DNA of 64,000 nucleotides from Vulcanimicrobiota bacterium (GTDB lineage: Bacteria; Vulcanimicrobiota; Vulcanimicrobiia; Vulcanimicrobiales; Vulcanimicrobiaceae). The stretch spans positions 160,001 through 224,000 of the forward strand of contig CAWHWQ010000005.1 in the NCBI GenBank assembly GCA_963833095.1, read 5' to 3'. A model generated the notes under the pieces. It did no database searches, was not told where the DNA came from, and was given only the letters and a program-made list of their open reading frames with translations. The translations under genes were made by a program, and so were the position numbers. Shown here piece after piece: positions 41,540 through 51,320 of this stretch. Numbering within the stretch: the first letter of the stretch is position 1; the number at the start of each line of letters is the position of its first letter.

Positions 41540-42747
41540 ATGAGCGCGACGAGCAAGAAGTTGGCGACTAGTGAACTGCCGCCGTAGGATATAAATGGCA
41601 AGGTGATGCCGGTAAGCGGAAAGAGCCCGATCACACCGCCGATGATGATAAAGACCTGAAACCCGAGCGTTGCAGCCATTCCAGCGCCGAGCAATTTGGC
41701 GTAGAGATCCGGTTGCGCGGTAGCGGTCGCGAACATACGGCGCACCATCACGACGAACACGGCAATCACCCCAAGCGCACCGAGCAGTCCAAACTCTTCG
41801 CAGAACGCTGCAAACACGTAGTCGGTCGCCACGTCGGGAATGAATCCTGGATGTCCCAGGCGCAGGCCCGTTCCGAAAAGGCCGCCCGCTGCCAGGCCAT
41901 AGTACGCCTGCGACGACTGATAGCCGGCACCGAGCGGATCGCTAAACGGATTGCGCCACACCGCTATACGGGTCTGCACGTACGGGTAATGATGGATCGC
42001 CCAAAACGCCACCACCGCGAAGATGACGATTCCGCCAAGTACGATATCGACGCGTCGCGTCGCGACGTAGAGCAATGCCGCAAAGGTCGCGAGCAGGAGC
42101 GTCGCCATACCAAGGTCGCGTTGCAGCACGAGAATCGCCATCGATGCACCCCAGCCGATAAAGAGCGGCCCGAGATAGCGTAGATTTGCGCGGACCGACC
42201 ACGGACGGGCCTGAGCGATTACGTCGGCTGTTTCGCCCAGGTACGCGGCGAGAAAGAACACGATGAAGAGCTTGATAAGCTCGATCGGTTCGTACTGCAC
42301 GGGCCCGATTTTAATCCACAAGCGCGCGCCGTTTACTTCCTGACCGAACAAGAGCAACAGCGTGAAAAGTACCAGCGACCCGACAACCCAGAGATACTTG
42401 TAACTGGCGAAGCGCCGGAAGCTGGTGAACGCTGGGCCGGCGGCGACGGCCAAGATCAACGATACCAAAAGCCACCACTGCTGCCGCTGCGCAAGGTCGG
42501 GCGCAAGCCGCGCAACGAGCAGCAGGCCAAGGCCCGCGAGCACCACTGCAAGTGCCGGCAACAAATCATCTCGCTGCGTGCGCGCCGGTTGCAATACAAC
42601 CCACGCGAGCGCGAGCACCGCCAGCGCTCCGAGCAGCCACGGCGGCCCGATCGAGCCTGCGGGCGCGTAGGCGAGCATCAACCCCGTCGCTGCGAGCGCG
42701 ACGAGCATTGGGAGGGCCCGGCGAATGAGGAGCGCTATTGCGCCCAC
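41494..42747 (-). CDS. rodA: FtsW/RodA/SpoVE SEDS protein
   Basis: NGARLWI, QRDLG, TDYVFA, GITLPFISYGGSS. Confidence 0.9.
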   Translation of the reverse strand: MGAIALLIRRALPMLVALAATGLMLAYAPAGSIGPPWLLGALAVLALAWVVLQPARTQRDDLLPALAVVLAGLGLLLVARLAPDLAQRQQWWLLVSLILAVAAGPAFTSFRRFASYKYLWVVGSLVLFTLLLLFGQEVNGARLWIKIGPVQYEPIELIKLFIVFFLAAYLGETADVIAQARPWSVRANLRYLGPLFIGWGASMAILVLQRDLGMATLLLATFAALLYVATRRVDIVLGGIVIFAVVAFWAIHHYPYVQTRIAVWRNPFSDPLGAGYQSSQAYYGLAAGGLFGTGLRLGHPGFIPDVATDYVFAAFCEEFGLLGALGVIAVFVVMVRRMFATATAQPDLYAKLLGAGMAATLGFQVFIIIGGVIGLFPLTGITLPFISYGGSSLVANFLLVALIWAMSSRVCVPKPSG

Positions 42748-43493
42748 GCAGTTAAGAGCGCAAGAGTTACGGTCGTCACGGCGGCGGCGAAGGCCGCCCG
42801 CGCGAGAAAATTGGCGCGATAGACCACCACGGGTATTTCACGCGTTCCAAGCTCCTCGATCGCGCGATCGCTCTCGTCGAAGCGCACGACCAGAAGGTGT
42901 TCGTTCTCACCGGAGCGCTCGACATGTGAGACGAGCGTGCGGCGATCGACATCACCGCGTACGCGATGTCCCATCAAAATCATCACGTCACCCGCATCGA
43001 AGGTGACGCTTGAGACCGAAACGTCCAATGACGAGCTCGTACCAAGCGCGCGGCCGAGGAGCTCGTGCGTTGCTTCACCGAGCGCGTCATCGCCGGTAAG
43101 CACGCTAATATCGCCACGATGCGCGAGGTACGCCGCGGTGCCGCCCGTGTGAATCACGCAGGCATATCCGCCAATGATCACCGCAATCGTGATCGAACAA
43201 CCCGCGGTCACGTAGTCGGCATGCGACGCACTGCGCGAAAAGAGATCGCCGTTAACGCGTGCCAGGGCGCCGAGCACGGCAGTCGGTGCCGCCGGCACAC
43301 GATCGACCGCACGCCGAAAACGTTCGCTTCGCAGGCGTCGCTCGCATTCGGCACGTAGCCGCTCGAGCGTCGCGGGCGCGGCCGCCATACCGTCAACCGT
43401 TCCGAAGCCGCGCGCAACCGCAAAGAGCCACGAGCGCGGCCCAAGCTGCAGCGAGAGACAGGAAGCGCGGTCGCCCCGTATCGCTACGTCCAT
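42735..43493 (-). CDS. PP2C/PstP-like protein lacking catalytic Asp residues
   Basis: Position between fhaB and rodA; LGRALG and HTGGTAAYL echo PP2C motifs; C-terminal TM. Confidence 0.6.
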   Translation of the reverse strand: MDVAIRGDRASCLSLQLGPRSWLFAVARGFGTVDGMAAAPATLERLRAECERRLRSERFRRAVDRVPAAPTAVLGALARVNGDLFSRSASHADYVTAGCSITIAVIIGGYACVIHTGGTAAYLAHRGDISVLTGDDALGEATHELLGRALGTSSSLDVSVSSVTFDAGDVMILMGHRVRGDVDRRTLVSHVERSGENEHLLVVRFDESDRAIEELGTREIPVVVYRANFLARAAFAAAVTTVTLALLTAWAQ

Positions 43494-43906
43494 GGCTCTA
43501 ACTTCTCCACGATCAGTCTAGTCGTCCCCACGTCGATTTCGTCGCCCACTCGTGCTTCGATCGCAGTCTCCAGGCGCCGGCCGTTGAGGAACGTCCCATT
43601 TCTACTTTCGAGGTCGCGCACGAAAACGACTCCACCCGCAGCCTCGAGCCGCGCGTGTTTGCGGCTGACCTCGACATCCGCGAGCACGAGTTCACAGCTA
43701 GAATCTCGGCCGATACTGAGGGGGCACAGGCCTTCGAAGAGTCGCTCGCGACCGAGTTCAATGACGCGCAACACCGCATTGACCGGGACGAGGCTCGCAA
43801 TCTCGGCTGGGTTGCCGCCGCGCGGGCGCGCCGCAATCACCGCAACTGCCGCTAACATGGCCGTGATCTCGAGCGTACCGATGCGCATTTGCGCGGCGAA
43901 GGTCAC
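43484..43906 (-). CDS. FHA domain protein (FhaB-like)
   Basis: IGR, VSRKHA, DLESRNGTFLNG. Confidence 0.88.
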   Translation of the reverse strand: MTFAAQMRIGTLEITAMLAAVAVIAARPRGGNPAEIASLVPVNAVLRVIELGRERLFEGLCPLSIGRDSSCELVLADVEVSRKHARLEAAGGVVFVRDLESRNGTFLNGRRLETAIEARVGDEIDVGTTRLIVEKLEPWT

Positions 43907-44604
43907 TCGCGTGCCTCGAGCCGCATCTGGGTGTTTCCGAAGGTGAGCACGTCGCCCGACACGACCCGGCGCATGCCCGAGATACGCTCGCCGTTGACGA
44001 ACGTGCCGTTGGTCGAATTGAGATCTTCGACTTCGACGGCGTCCTTTGCGATTTCGAGCGTCGCATGGTTGCGCGAGACGCTGGGATCGACGAGAAAAAT
44101 GTCACTCTCTTCACTGCGGCCGATCGTTGCGGATTTATCGATGAAGTACACGCCGTAGGCAGGCACGCCTTTCATCATGCGCAGATGATAGCGCTTAGGT
44201 GGCGTCAGCGCCGGCGCATTAGGGATAGAGATCGTCACATCGCTCGCAACCGCGACGTCGGCGAGTCCGGGCGGAATACTTTCGCGTGACACCATCTCTA
44301 CGTTGGGACCACCGTCGAAGAAATAGACGCCGACGCGCGCAGCCATATCGCGCAAGAGTTCGGCCCACTCGCGTTCGAGATAGGCGCGGTGTTCAGCCAA
44401 GCGTGTGAAGTCATCGGGACTGACAAAGACCATATAGAGACCGGGAGCTAACATGTGTCCGTCGTCGCCGCGCGTGCGTGCCTCCATGGTCGTGACGAGC
44501 TTGCGCGCGATCTGAGCAGGCTCGAGATCACTCGGAAATGTCTTGGCAAACGTACGCTCGATAAACGCGGCGCACGCTTGCTCGATCCGTTCAAACCAAC
44601 TCAT
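43903..44604 (-). CDS. DUF3662 + FHA domain protein (FhaA-like)
   Basis: FPSDLEPAQIARKL N-terminus; IGR, VSRNHA, STNGTFVNG. Confidence 0.88.
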   Translation of the reverse strand: MSWFERIEQACAAFIERTFAKTFPSDLEPAQIARKLVTTMEARTRGDDGHMLAPGLYMVFVSPDDFTRLAEHRAYLEREWAELLRDMAARVGVYFFDGGPNVEMVSRESIPPGLADVAVASDVTISIPNAPALTPPKRYHLRMMKGVPAYGVYFIDKSATIGRSEESDIFLVDPSVSRNHATLEIAKDAVEVEDLNSTNGTFVNGERISGMRRVVSGDVLTFGNTQMRLEARE

Positions 44605-44616
44605 GCGTTGTGGAGT

Positions 44617-45948
44617 TTACCGGTGCTCCAGTCTTGCGATAAAGAACCCGTCACGGCCGTCCAACCCGGGGGGAACGAGAATGTCGCCCTCCTCAGTAAT
44701 GAACGGTTCAAACGCTGCGGGAATCAATCCGCGTTCAAAATTTGCCTTGCTCCGGAACCACTCGACCACTTCGACCGTCTCGCGCGGATCGGACGAACAT
44801 ACCGCGTAAACAAGGGCGCCGCCCTCGTGGACCGACGGAGCTAGCGCCTCGAGCAAAGCCCGCTGCGTCAGGGCTAGCCGTTCGCCGTCGCCTGGCTGCT
44901 TCTTCCATCGGGCCTCGGGATGACGGCCCACCACGCCGACCCCCGAGCACGGAGCGTCGACGAGAACCCGGTCGAAGCGCCGGCCCGCTTCGAGGAGGGG
45001 GGCCGTAGCGTCGCCGACGACGATGTCTGCGGCCACCCCAGCGCCTTCCAGGCGCGCCTCGAGGACGGCGGCTTTACGCGTATCCCGCTCGATGCAAAGC
45101 AACGTGCCCTGTGGGCCTATGCGCGCCCCTATTTGCAGCGCCTTATTGCCCCGGCCGCTGCAGACGTCGACAATCGACTCCTCGGGTTGCGGGTTGAGCA
45201 CCGCGACCGGCATCGCGGAGCTCTCCGACTGAATCCACCAGGCGCCGCTCGCCCGGGCCTCGCGCGAACGCACCGCGGCCGCCTCATCGATCAGAAGCGA
45301 CTCGGGAACGAAGGCCGAGGGAGTGGCACCGATGCGCTCGGCGGTGAATTGCTCGACGACCTGATCGGGAGTGGTGCGCAGCCCGTTGACCGTCACCGCC
45401 GCGCGAGCCGGGTCGTTCACCGCCGCGCAAATCGCTTCGGCCCGATCGCCGAATACTGCCCGCCATTGGCGTACGAGCCAGGTCGGCAACGAATAGCGCA
45501 CACCCAAATATTCGTCGTCATTTTCGAAGAGGTCGCGGGTCGGATCGGGCGGCCGATCGCGCAAGAACGAGCGCAACACGGCGTTAACCAGATTGGCAAC
45601 GCCGCGGTGACCGTAACGCTTGGCCAGATTCACAAACTCGAAAACCGTCGCGTGCGTGTCGGCCCGCGTGTAGACCAGCTCGTATACGGCAAGGCGCAGA
45701 ATTTCGAGGATCACCGGCGGCAGGTCCGCCCGGCGTTCGCCGATGAACGGCTCGAGATACCAGTCGAGGGCGCGCCGCATCTTGATCGCGCCATATGCGA
45801 GCTCGGTTGCGAACGCGCGATCGCGCGCTTCGAGATTGGCTTTGCGCGCACGATAGTCGAGCGCTTCCTGCGCCCCGCGCTCCGTGCCGCCGCCGGGAGC
45901 AACGAACACGTCACGCACCGTGTGCAGCGCGACCTCGCGCGCGTTCAC
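44617..45948 (-). CDS. rsmB: 16S rRNA m5C967 methyltransferase
   Basis: NusB-like N-terminus (LVNAVLR), VDAPCSG, YAVCS, DGFFIA. Confidence 0.9.
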   Translation of the reverse strand: MNAREVALHTVRDVFVAPGGGTERGAQEALDYRARKANLEARDRAFATELAYGAIKMRRALDWYLEPFIGERRADLPPVILEILRLAVYELVYTRADTHATVFEFVNLAKRYGHRGVANLVNAVLRSFLRDRPPDPTRDLFENDDEYLGVRYSLPTWLVRQWRAVFGDRAEAICAAVNDPARAAVTVNGLRTTPDQVVEQFTAERIGATPSAFVPESLLIDEAAAVRSREARASGAWWIQSESSAMPVAVLNPQPEESIVDVCSGRGNKALQIGARIGPQGTLLCIERDTRKAAVLEARLEGAGVAADIVVGDATAPLLEAGRRFDRVLVDAPCSGVGVVGRHPEARWKKQPGDGERLALTQRALLEALAPSVHEGGALVYAVCSSDPRETVEVVEWFRSKANFERGLIPAAFEPFITEEGDILVPPGLDGRDGFFIARLEHR

Positions 45949-46790
45949 CTAGGGAACCTTGGCTCTCGGTCGTGACGCGAGCGTTCGTAGCTCTCGCCGC
46001 TCATCCGCCCCCGGTTGGGTGCGATGAGCTCGTCGATAACGACGCGATCGCCGTCGACGTGCGCGCGCAACAGCTTCACGCTCTCGCCGTCGATGCTTGC
46101 GCGCGCGCCGGGCGTGGGCGCAAACGCGCGCACCGTGTTGACGATGCGCTCCGGCGCCCACGCCCAATCGACCATTAGGTCTTCTTTGCGAAGCGGGCGC
46201 GTGACGCTTGGCTCGCCGTGTTGCGCGGTTCGCGGAAGCGGGCCGCGTAGGGCCAGGTCGATCGCATCACCGAGCAGATCGGCGCCGAACAGCGCCAGTC
46301 GGTCGTGCAACGCGCCGTAGTCGTCGTCGGCGTTGATCTCGATCGGCTCTTGCAACACGAGGTCGCCGGTATCCATTCCCGCATCCATGAGCATGATCGA
46401 CACGCCGGTTCGCGTTTCGCCGGCAAGCAGGGCGCTCTGAATCGGCGTCGCGCCACGGTACTTCGGCAACAGCGACGGATGCACGTTGAGCGCTCCGAGA
46501 GCGGGGAGATCGATCAACGATTGCGGCAGAATCTTGCCGTACGACGCAAGCGCGAAGAGATCGTACGGTGTTTGCGCGAGCTGCGCGACGAGGTCTTTGA
46601 GTGAAGCGGGCTCGTAGACGTGAAACCCAAGGTCGAGCGCCGCCGTCTTCACCGGCGTCCGCTGCAACTTGTGGCCGCGCCCGGAAGGGCGGTCCGGCTG
46701 GGTTACAACCCCCCCAAGCTGCGTTTTCTCAGCGATGACGTGCAGGCTTGGAACCGCGAAGGCGCTCGTTCCGAAGAACAGCGTACGCAA
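45945..46790 (-). CDS. fmt: Methionyl-tRNA formyltransferase
   Basis: FFGTSAFA, TQPDRPSGRG, NVHPSLLPKYRGATPI, MDTGD. Confidence 0.92.
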   Translation of the reverse strand: MRTLFFGTSAFAVPSLHVIAEKTQLGGVVTQPDRPSGRGHKLQRTPVKTAALDLGFHVYEPASLKDLVAQLAQTPYDLFALASYGKILPQSLIDLPALGALNVHPSLLPKYRGATPIQSALLAGETRTGVSIMLMDAGMDTGDLVLQEPIEINADDDYGALHDRLALFGADLLGDAIDLALRGPLPRTAQHGEPSVTRPLRKEDLMVDWAWAPERIVNTVRAFAPTPGARASIDGESVKLLRAHVDGDRVVIDELIAPNRGRMSGESYERSRHDREPRFPR

Positions 46791-47310
46791 CGTAACGCTT
46801 CGGCCGGTTTCGACGATTTCGCGTTCCTCGTCGGTCTGCGGCAGGCGCACGTTCTTGGCTTTGTCGATGTAGAGCACGCCGTTGAGATGATCGATCTCGT
46901 GCTGCAGACACTGCGCGAACAGACCTTCGCCCTCGAGCCGAATCTTCTCGCCGTTGCGATCGAGACCGCTGACCGCGAGCCGATTGAAATCGCGTGATTT
47001 CGCCCACGTATCCCGGAACCGAGAGGCAGCCCTCGGTCAATTCGACTTCCTCTTCGGCAAGCTCGATCTTCGGGTTGATGACGACCGCCGGTTCGTGTTC
47101 GTCGTCATTCACGTCGATCACGAAGATGCGCTTGGAAACGTTGACCTGCGGCGCGGCAAGGCCGACGCCCGGCGCATGGTACATCGTTTCGAACATATCG
47201 TCGATGAGCTGCTGAATGAGCGGGTCTTCAAGTTCCTTGGGATCGACCTTCTTGGCGATCTTTCGGAGCGTGGGATGACCGTCCGTGATGATCTCGCGGA
47301 TATAGGGCAT
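46791..47310 (-). CDS. def: Peptide deformylase (frameshift near 46985; 3' end runs into fmt as assembled)
   Basis: GVGLAAPQ, EGCLS, QHEIDHLNG. Confidence 0.9.
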
Positions 47311-47398
47311 GGCCCGGTTTATACGACTCTCCAAGACGCCGACCATGCCACGGATCGGCCCGGAGGGCCGAACGTAACAGATTCAGCGAAGCTGAATC

Positions 47399-47866
47399 CT
47401 ACTGGATAGTAAAGCTTCCGAGCGGTCCGAGCGGCGTGCAGTTGCTCGTCGTGTCATTCACCCACACGTACCAGGTCGAACCTGAGGGCGATAGGCCGCG
47501 GGGCAGGGTAATGCTTTGATAGACGGGATTCGCGATCGCCGGCGTCGCGGCTGGGGATGGCACCTGCCCCGGGGTGATGGTGGCCATTGTCGCATACGTC
47601 GCAAAGCCGCCACTCAACGAATTGACGCTGTTGAAGATCGCGTTGTAGGTTGGCAGCGGCGCGGCAACGACGAACACGAATTGCTGCGGGTTGTCGGGCA
47701 CGCCGGTCGCGCCGGGAATCGGATAGACCATCTGCACGGTCTCGCTCGGCGAACAAGTCGGGCCGGGCGTGGGTTCGAGCACCGTCGCGCCGCCGCCGCA
47801 GGCGGCAAACACTACGGCGCACAGGGAAAGTCCCAAACCAACGAAGAGCCTGCGCAAGGTCAACAT
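47399..47866 (-). CDS. Hypothetical lipoprotein
   Basis: FAAC lipobox followed by GGG; Pro/Thr-rich. Confidence 0.7.
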   Translation of the reverse strand: MLTLRRLFVGLGLSLCAVVFAACGGGATVLEPTPGPTCSPSETVQMVYPIPGATGVPDNPQQFVFVVAAPLPTYNAIFNSVNSLSGGFATYATMATITPGQVPSPAATPAIANPVYQSITLPRGLSPSGSTWYVWVNDTTSNCTPLGPLGSFTIQ

Positions 47867-47910
47867 GAGATTATCCTACCGTGGCCTTCCTGGGTTGAGG
47901 ATGAGAATCG

Positions 47911-49355
47911 CTAGAGAATGTATCCCGAAAGATCAGCGTTCTCAACGACGTCTTTGAGCCGTTCGCGCACGTAGGCCGCGTCAATGGTGACATCGCCGCG
48001 TTCCTCCGGCGCGCCGAAGCTGACGTCTTCGAGCAGCCGCTCGAGCACGGTGTGCAGGCGGCGGGCGCCGATGTTCTCGCTCTGCTCGTTGACCTGCATC
48101 GCGAAACGAGCGAGCTGGTCGATCGCGTCCTCGGTGAAGTCGAGCGTGCACGCCCTCGGTCGCGAGCAGCGCGCTTGTACTGTTCGATCAGCGCGTTCTT
48201 CGGCTGGGTGAGGATCGTCTCGAAATCTTCGGCGGTGAGCGAGTCGAGCTCGACGCGAATCGGAAAGCGGCCCTGCAGTTCCGGGATCAGGTCCGACGGC
48301 TTGCTCATGTGGAATGCGCCGGCCGCGATGAAGAGCACGTGATCGGTCTTGAGCGTGCCGTGCTTGGTCTTGACCGTGCTGCCTTCGACGATCGGCAGAA
48401 TGTCGCGCTGCACGCCTTCGCGCGAAACGTCGGGGCCGCCGCGACGCCTTCGCGCCCGGCGACCTTGTCGATCTCGTCGATGAAGATGATGCCGTCTTCG
48501 CCGGCGCGGCGCAGCGCTTCGCGCTTGACCGCGTCCATGTCGATGAGCTTGCTCGCTTCTTCTTGCGCGAAGATGCGCCGCGCTTCGGCGACGGTCACGC
48601 GCTTCTGCGCGTTCTTGCGCTTGGGCAGCAGACCGCCGAGCATCTCGCCCATGTCGGCGCCGCCAGCCCTCGATCGCACGCCCATCATGCCGATCGGCAC
48701 GCTAGGCGTTTCCTCGACTTCGATCTCGATCAGCCGCACGTCGTAGAAGCCGCGCTCGATGTCGGCGCGCGCCTGCTCGCGAACGCGCGCGACGTCGCCG
48801 GGCGGCTCCGGCGCGGCGTGGTTGCGGCTGGCGGCTGCGGCGCCGGCAAGTGTGCCGAAGATCGAGCCGAGCGTCGCGCGAGCGGATTTCCCTGCGGATT
48901 GCGTCCGTGCGCGCGCGTCTCGGGATGCAGCACGTCGATGATGCGCTCGACCGCGGCTTGCTCGGCGAGCTCGTCGACTTCGGCGCGGCGCTCTTCGCTC
49001 ACCATGCGGATCGCCGACTTCGACCAGATCGCGCACCATCGACTCGACGTCGCGTCCGACGTAGCCGACCTCGGTATATTTCGTCGCTTCGACTTTGACG
49101 AACGGCGCGCCGGCGAGCGCGGCCAGGCGGCGCGCGATCTCGGTTTTGCCGACGCCGGTCGGTCCGATCATCAGGATGTTCTTCGGGATGATTTCGTCGC
49201 GCAGATCTTCGCGCAGCTGCTCGCGGCGGTAGCGGTTGCGCAGCGCGATCGCGACCGCGCGTTTGGCCTTGGCCTGGCCGACGATGTACTTGTCGAGTTC
49301 GGCGACGATCTGGCGCGGCGTGAGCGCTCGCGGTATCCGGAAGCGCTGCTGTCAT
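47911..49355 (-). CDS. hslU: ATP-dependent protease ATPase subunit, frameshifted
   Basis: [52 protein letters not shown]. Confidence 0.93.
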
Positions 49356-49892
49356 GGCAGCGTCTCGACGGTGATGTCGTCGTTGGTGTAGATGCAGATT
49401 TCGCCGGCGATCTCGAGCGCCTTGCGCGCGATCTCTTCGGCGGACGAGCGTCGGTGTTGCGCAGCAGCGCCACGGCCGCGGCTTGCGCGTAGGGTCCGCC
49501 GCTGCCGATCGCGGCGATGCCCTCGTCGGGCTCGATCACGTCGCCGGTGCCGCGAGAGCACGAACAGATGCTCGGGCGTGCCGACGATCAGCAGCGCCTC
49601 GAGGCGGCGCAGCGCGCGGTCTTGGCGCCAATCCTTGGCCAGCTCGACGGCGGCGCGCGTCAGGTTGCTCTTGTACTCGTCGAGCTTGTCCTCGAACTTC
49701 TCGAGCAGCGTGATGCCGTCGGCGGCGCGAGCCGGCGAAGCCGGCGATCACTGTGCCGCCGGCGATCTGGCGCACTTTGCGCGCGCCGTGCTTCATGACG
49801 GTCTTGTCGAGGGTCACTTGGCCGTCGCCGGCGATCGCCAGCTTGCCGTCGCGGCGAACCGCGAGAATCGTGGTCGAGCGAATGCTCATCAT
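49352..49892 (-). CDS. hslV: ATP-dependent protease peptidase subunit, frameshifted
   Basis: STTILAV, AGDGQVT, AIGSGG, ICIYTN. Confidence 0.93.
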
Positions 49893-49901
49893 CGCATCGC
49901 T

Positions 49902-51320
49902 CTACCCGCGCGGGCACTGGGCGGTTTCAGCGGCGCGCTTGCTCTCGCTGGCCGTGACGGCGAGTCCCTGGCCAGCGCATCGATCGCGTGCCAGCGCCCG
50001 CTGCCGCCAGCGCGCGCGCGGCGCGCGCCGCTTATCGCGGCGTCGCTTGCCGGCGCGATCGAGCGGCGAGAACCAGGCCCAGGTGACGTTGGCCGGTTGG
50101 AAGTCGTGCGGTCTGCGGCGTTCTGCAGGTGCGCGACGACCGCGCCGAGCGCGGTGTCGCGCGGGAACTCGACGGGCGGCAAGCCCAGCAGCGCTGCGTG
50201 CCGCGTGCGATACCGGCCATCGCGCCGCAGGCGGCCGCCTCGACGTAGCCTTCGGCGCCGGTGATCTGCCCCGCGAAGTAGAGCGCGTCGTGCGCCGCGC
50301 AAGCGCAAGCTGCGCGTCGAGCAGGCGCGGCGAGTCGATGAACGTGTTGCGGTGCATCACGCCCAGGCGCAGCCACTCCGCGTTCGCGAGGCCGGGCAGT
50401 TTGCCGAACGCTTCTTTTTGCGCCGGCCACGTCAGGCGCGTTTGGAAGCCGACGAGGTTGAGCGCGGTGCCGTCCGCGTTTTCTTTGCGCAGTTGCACGA
50501 CCGCGTAGCGGCGTCTTGCCGGTCCGCGGATCGCGCAGGCCGACCGGCTTGAGCGGGCCGAAGCGCAGCGCGTCGTCGCCGCGCTCGGCCATCTCTTCGA
50601 TCGGCAGACAGCCTTCGAAGTACGGTACTTGCCGGCGCGACGTCGACTCGAAATCTTTGGGCTCGTGCCGCGGCAGCGTGCGCAGATCGTGCGATGAAGC
50701 TGCGCGTACTGCTCGCGGTCGAGCGGGATGTTGAGATAGTCGTCGCCGTCGCCCTTATCGTAGCGCGACTTGCGATACATCGGCGACTCGTCGATCGAAT
50801 CGGCCGCCACGATCGGCGAGGCCGCATCGTAATAGTGCAGCCGGCCGCTTCGCCGACGAGACGCGTCGAGTCGATGCGCGGCAAGCGCGTCGATCGGGCA
50901 GCGGCCCGCAGGCGACGATCGCCGGACGGTCGCAGCGGAATCGCGGTCACTTCTTCGCGCATGAGCGTGATGCGCGGGTGCGCCGAGCAGCCGCGACTCG
51001 ACCGATCGCGCGAAACGCTCGCGGTCGACCGCCAACGCGCCGCCGGCCGGCACGGCCGCTTCGCGCGCCGAGGTAACGATCAGCGAATCGAGCCGCGCCA
51101 GTTCTTCTTTCAGCAAGCCGACGGCGTTCTCGAGCGCCGCGCCGCGCAGCGAGTTGCTGCAGACCAGTTCCGCCAGCGCGTCGGTCTGGTGCGCGGGCCC
51201 GCTGGAATGCGGGCGCATCTCGTACAGATCGCACGTCGACGCCCGCGCTGCGCGAGCCTGCCACGCGGCTTCGCAGCCGGCGAGGCCGCCGCCGATGACG
51301 GAGTCGTCAGCAGCGCGCAT
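49902..51320 (-). CDS. trmFO: tRNA m5U54 FADH2-dependent methyltransferase, frameshifted
   Basis: [47 protein letters not shown]. Confidence 0.9.
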   Translation of the reverse strand: MRAADDSVIGGGLAGCEAAWQARAARASTCDLYEMRPHSSGPAHQTDALAELVCSNSLRGAALENAVGLLKEELARLDSLIVTSAREAAVPAGGALAVDRERFARSVESRLLGAPAHHAHARRSDRDSAATVRRSSPAGRCPIDALAAHRLDASRRRSGRLHYYDAASPIVAADSIDESPMYRKSRYDKGDGDDYLNIPLDREQYAQLHRTICARCRGTSPKISSRRRAGKYRTSKAVCRSKRWPSAATTRCASARSSRSACAIRGPARRRYAVVQLRKENADGTALNLVGFQTRLTWPAQKEAFGKLPGLANAEWLRLGVMHRNTFIDSPRLLDAQLALARRTTRSTSRGRSPAPKATSRRPPAARWPVSHAARSAAGLAARRVPARHRARRGRRAPAERRRPHDFQPANVTWAWFSPLDRAGKRRRDKRRAPRARWRQRALARDRCAGQGLAVTASESKRAAETAQCPRG

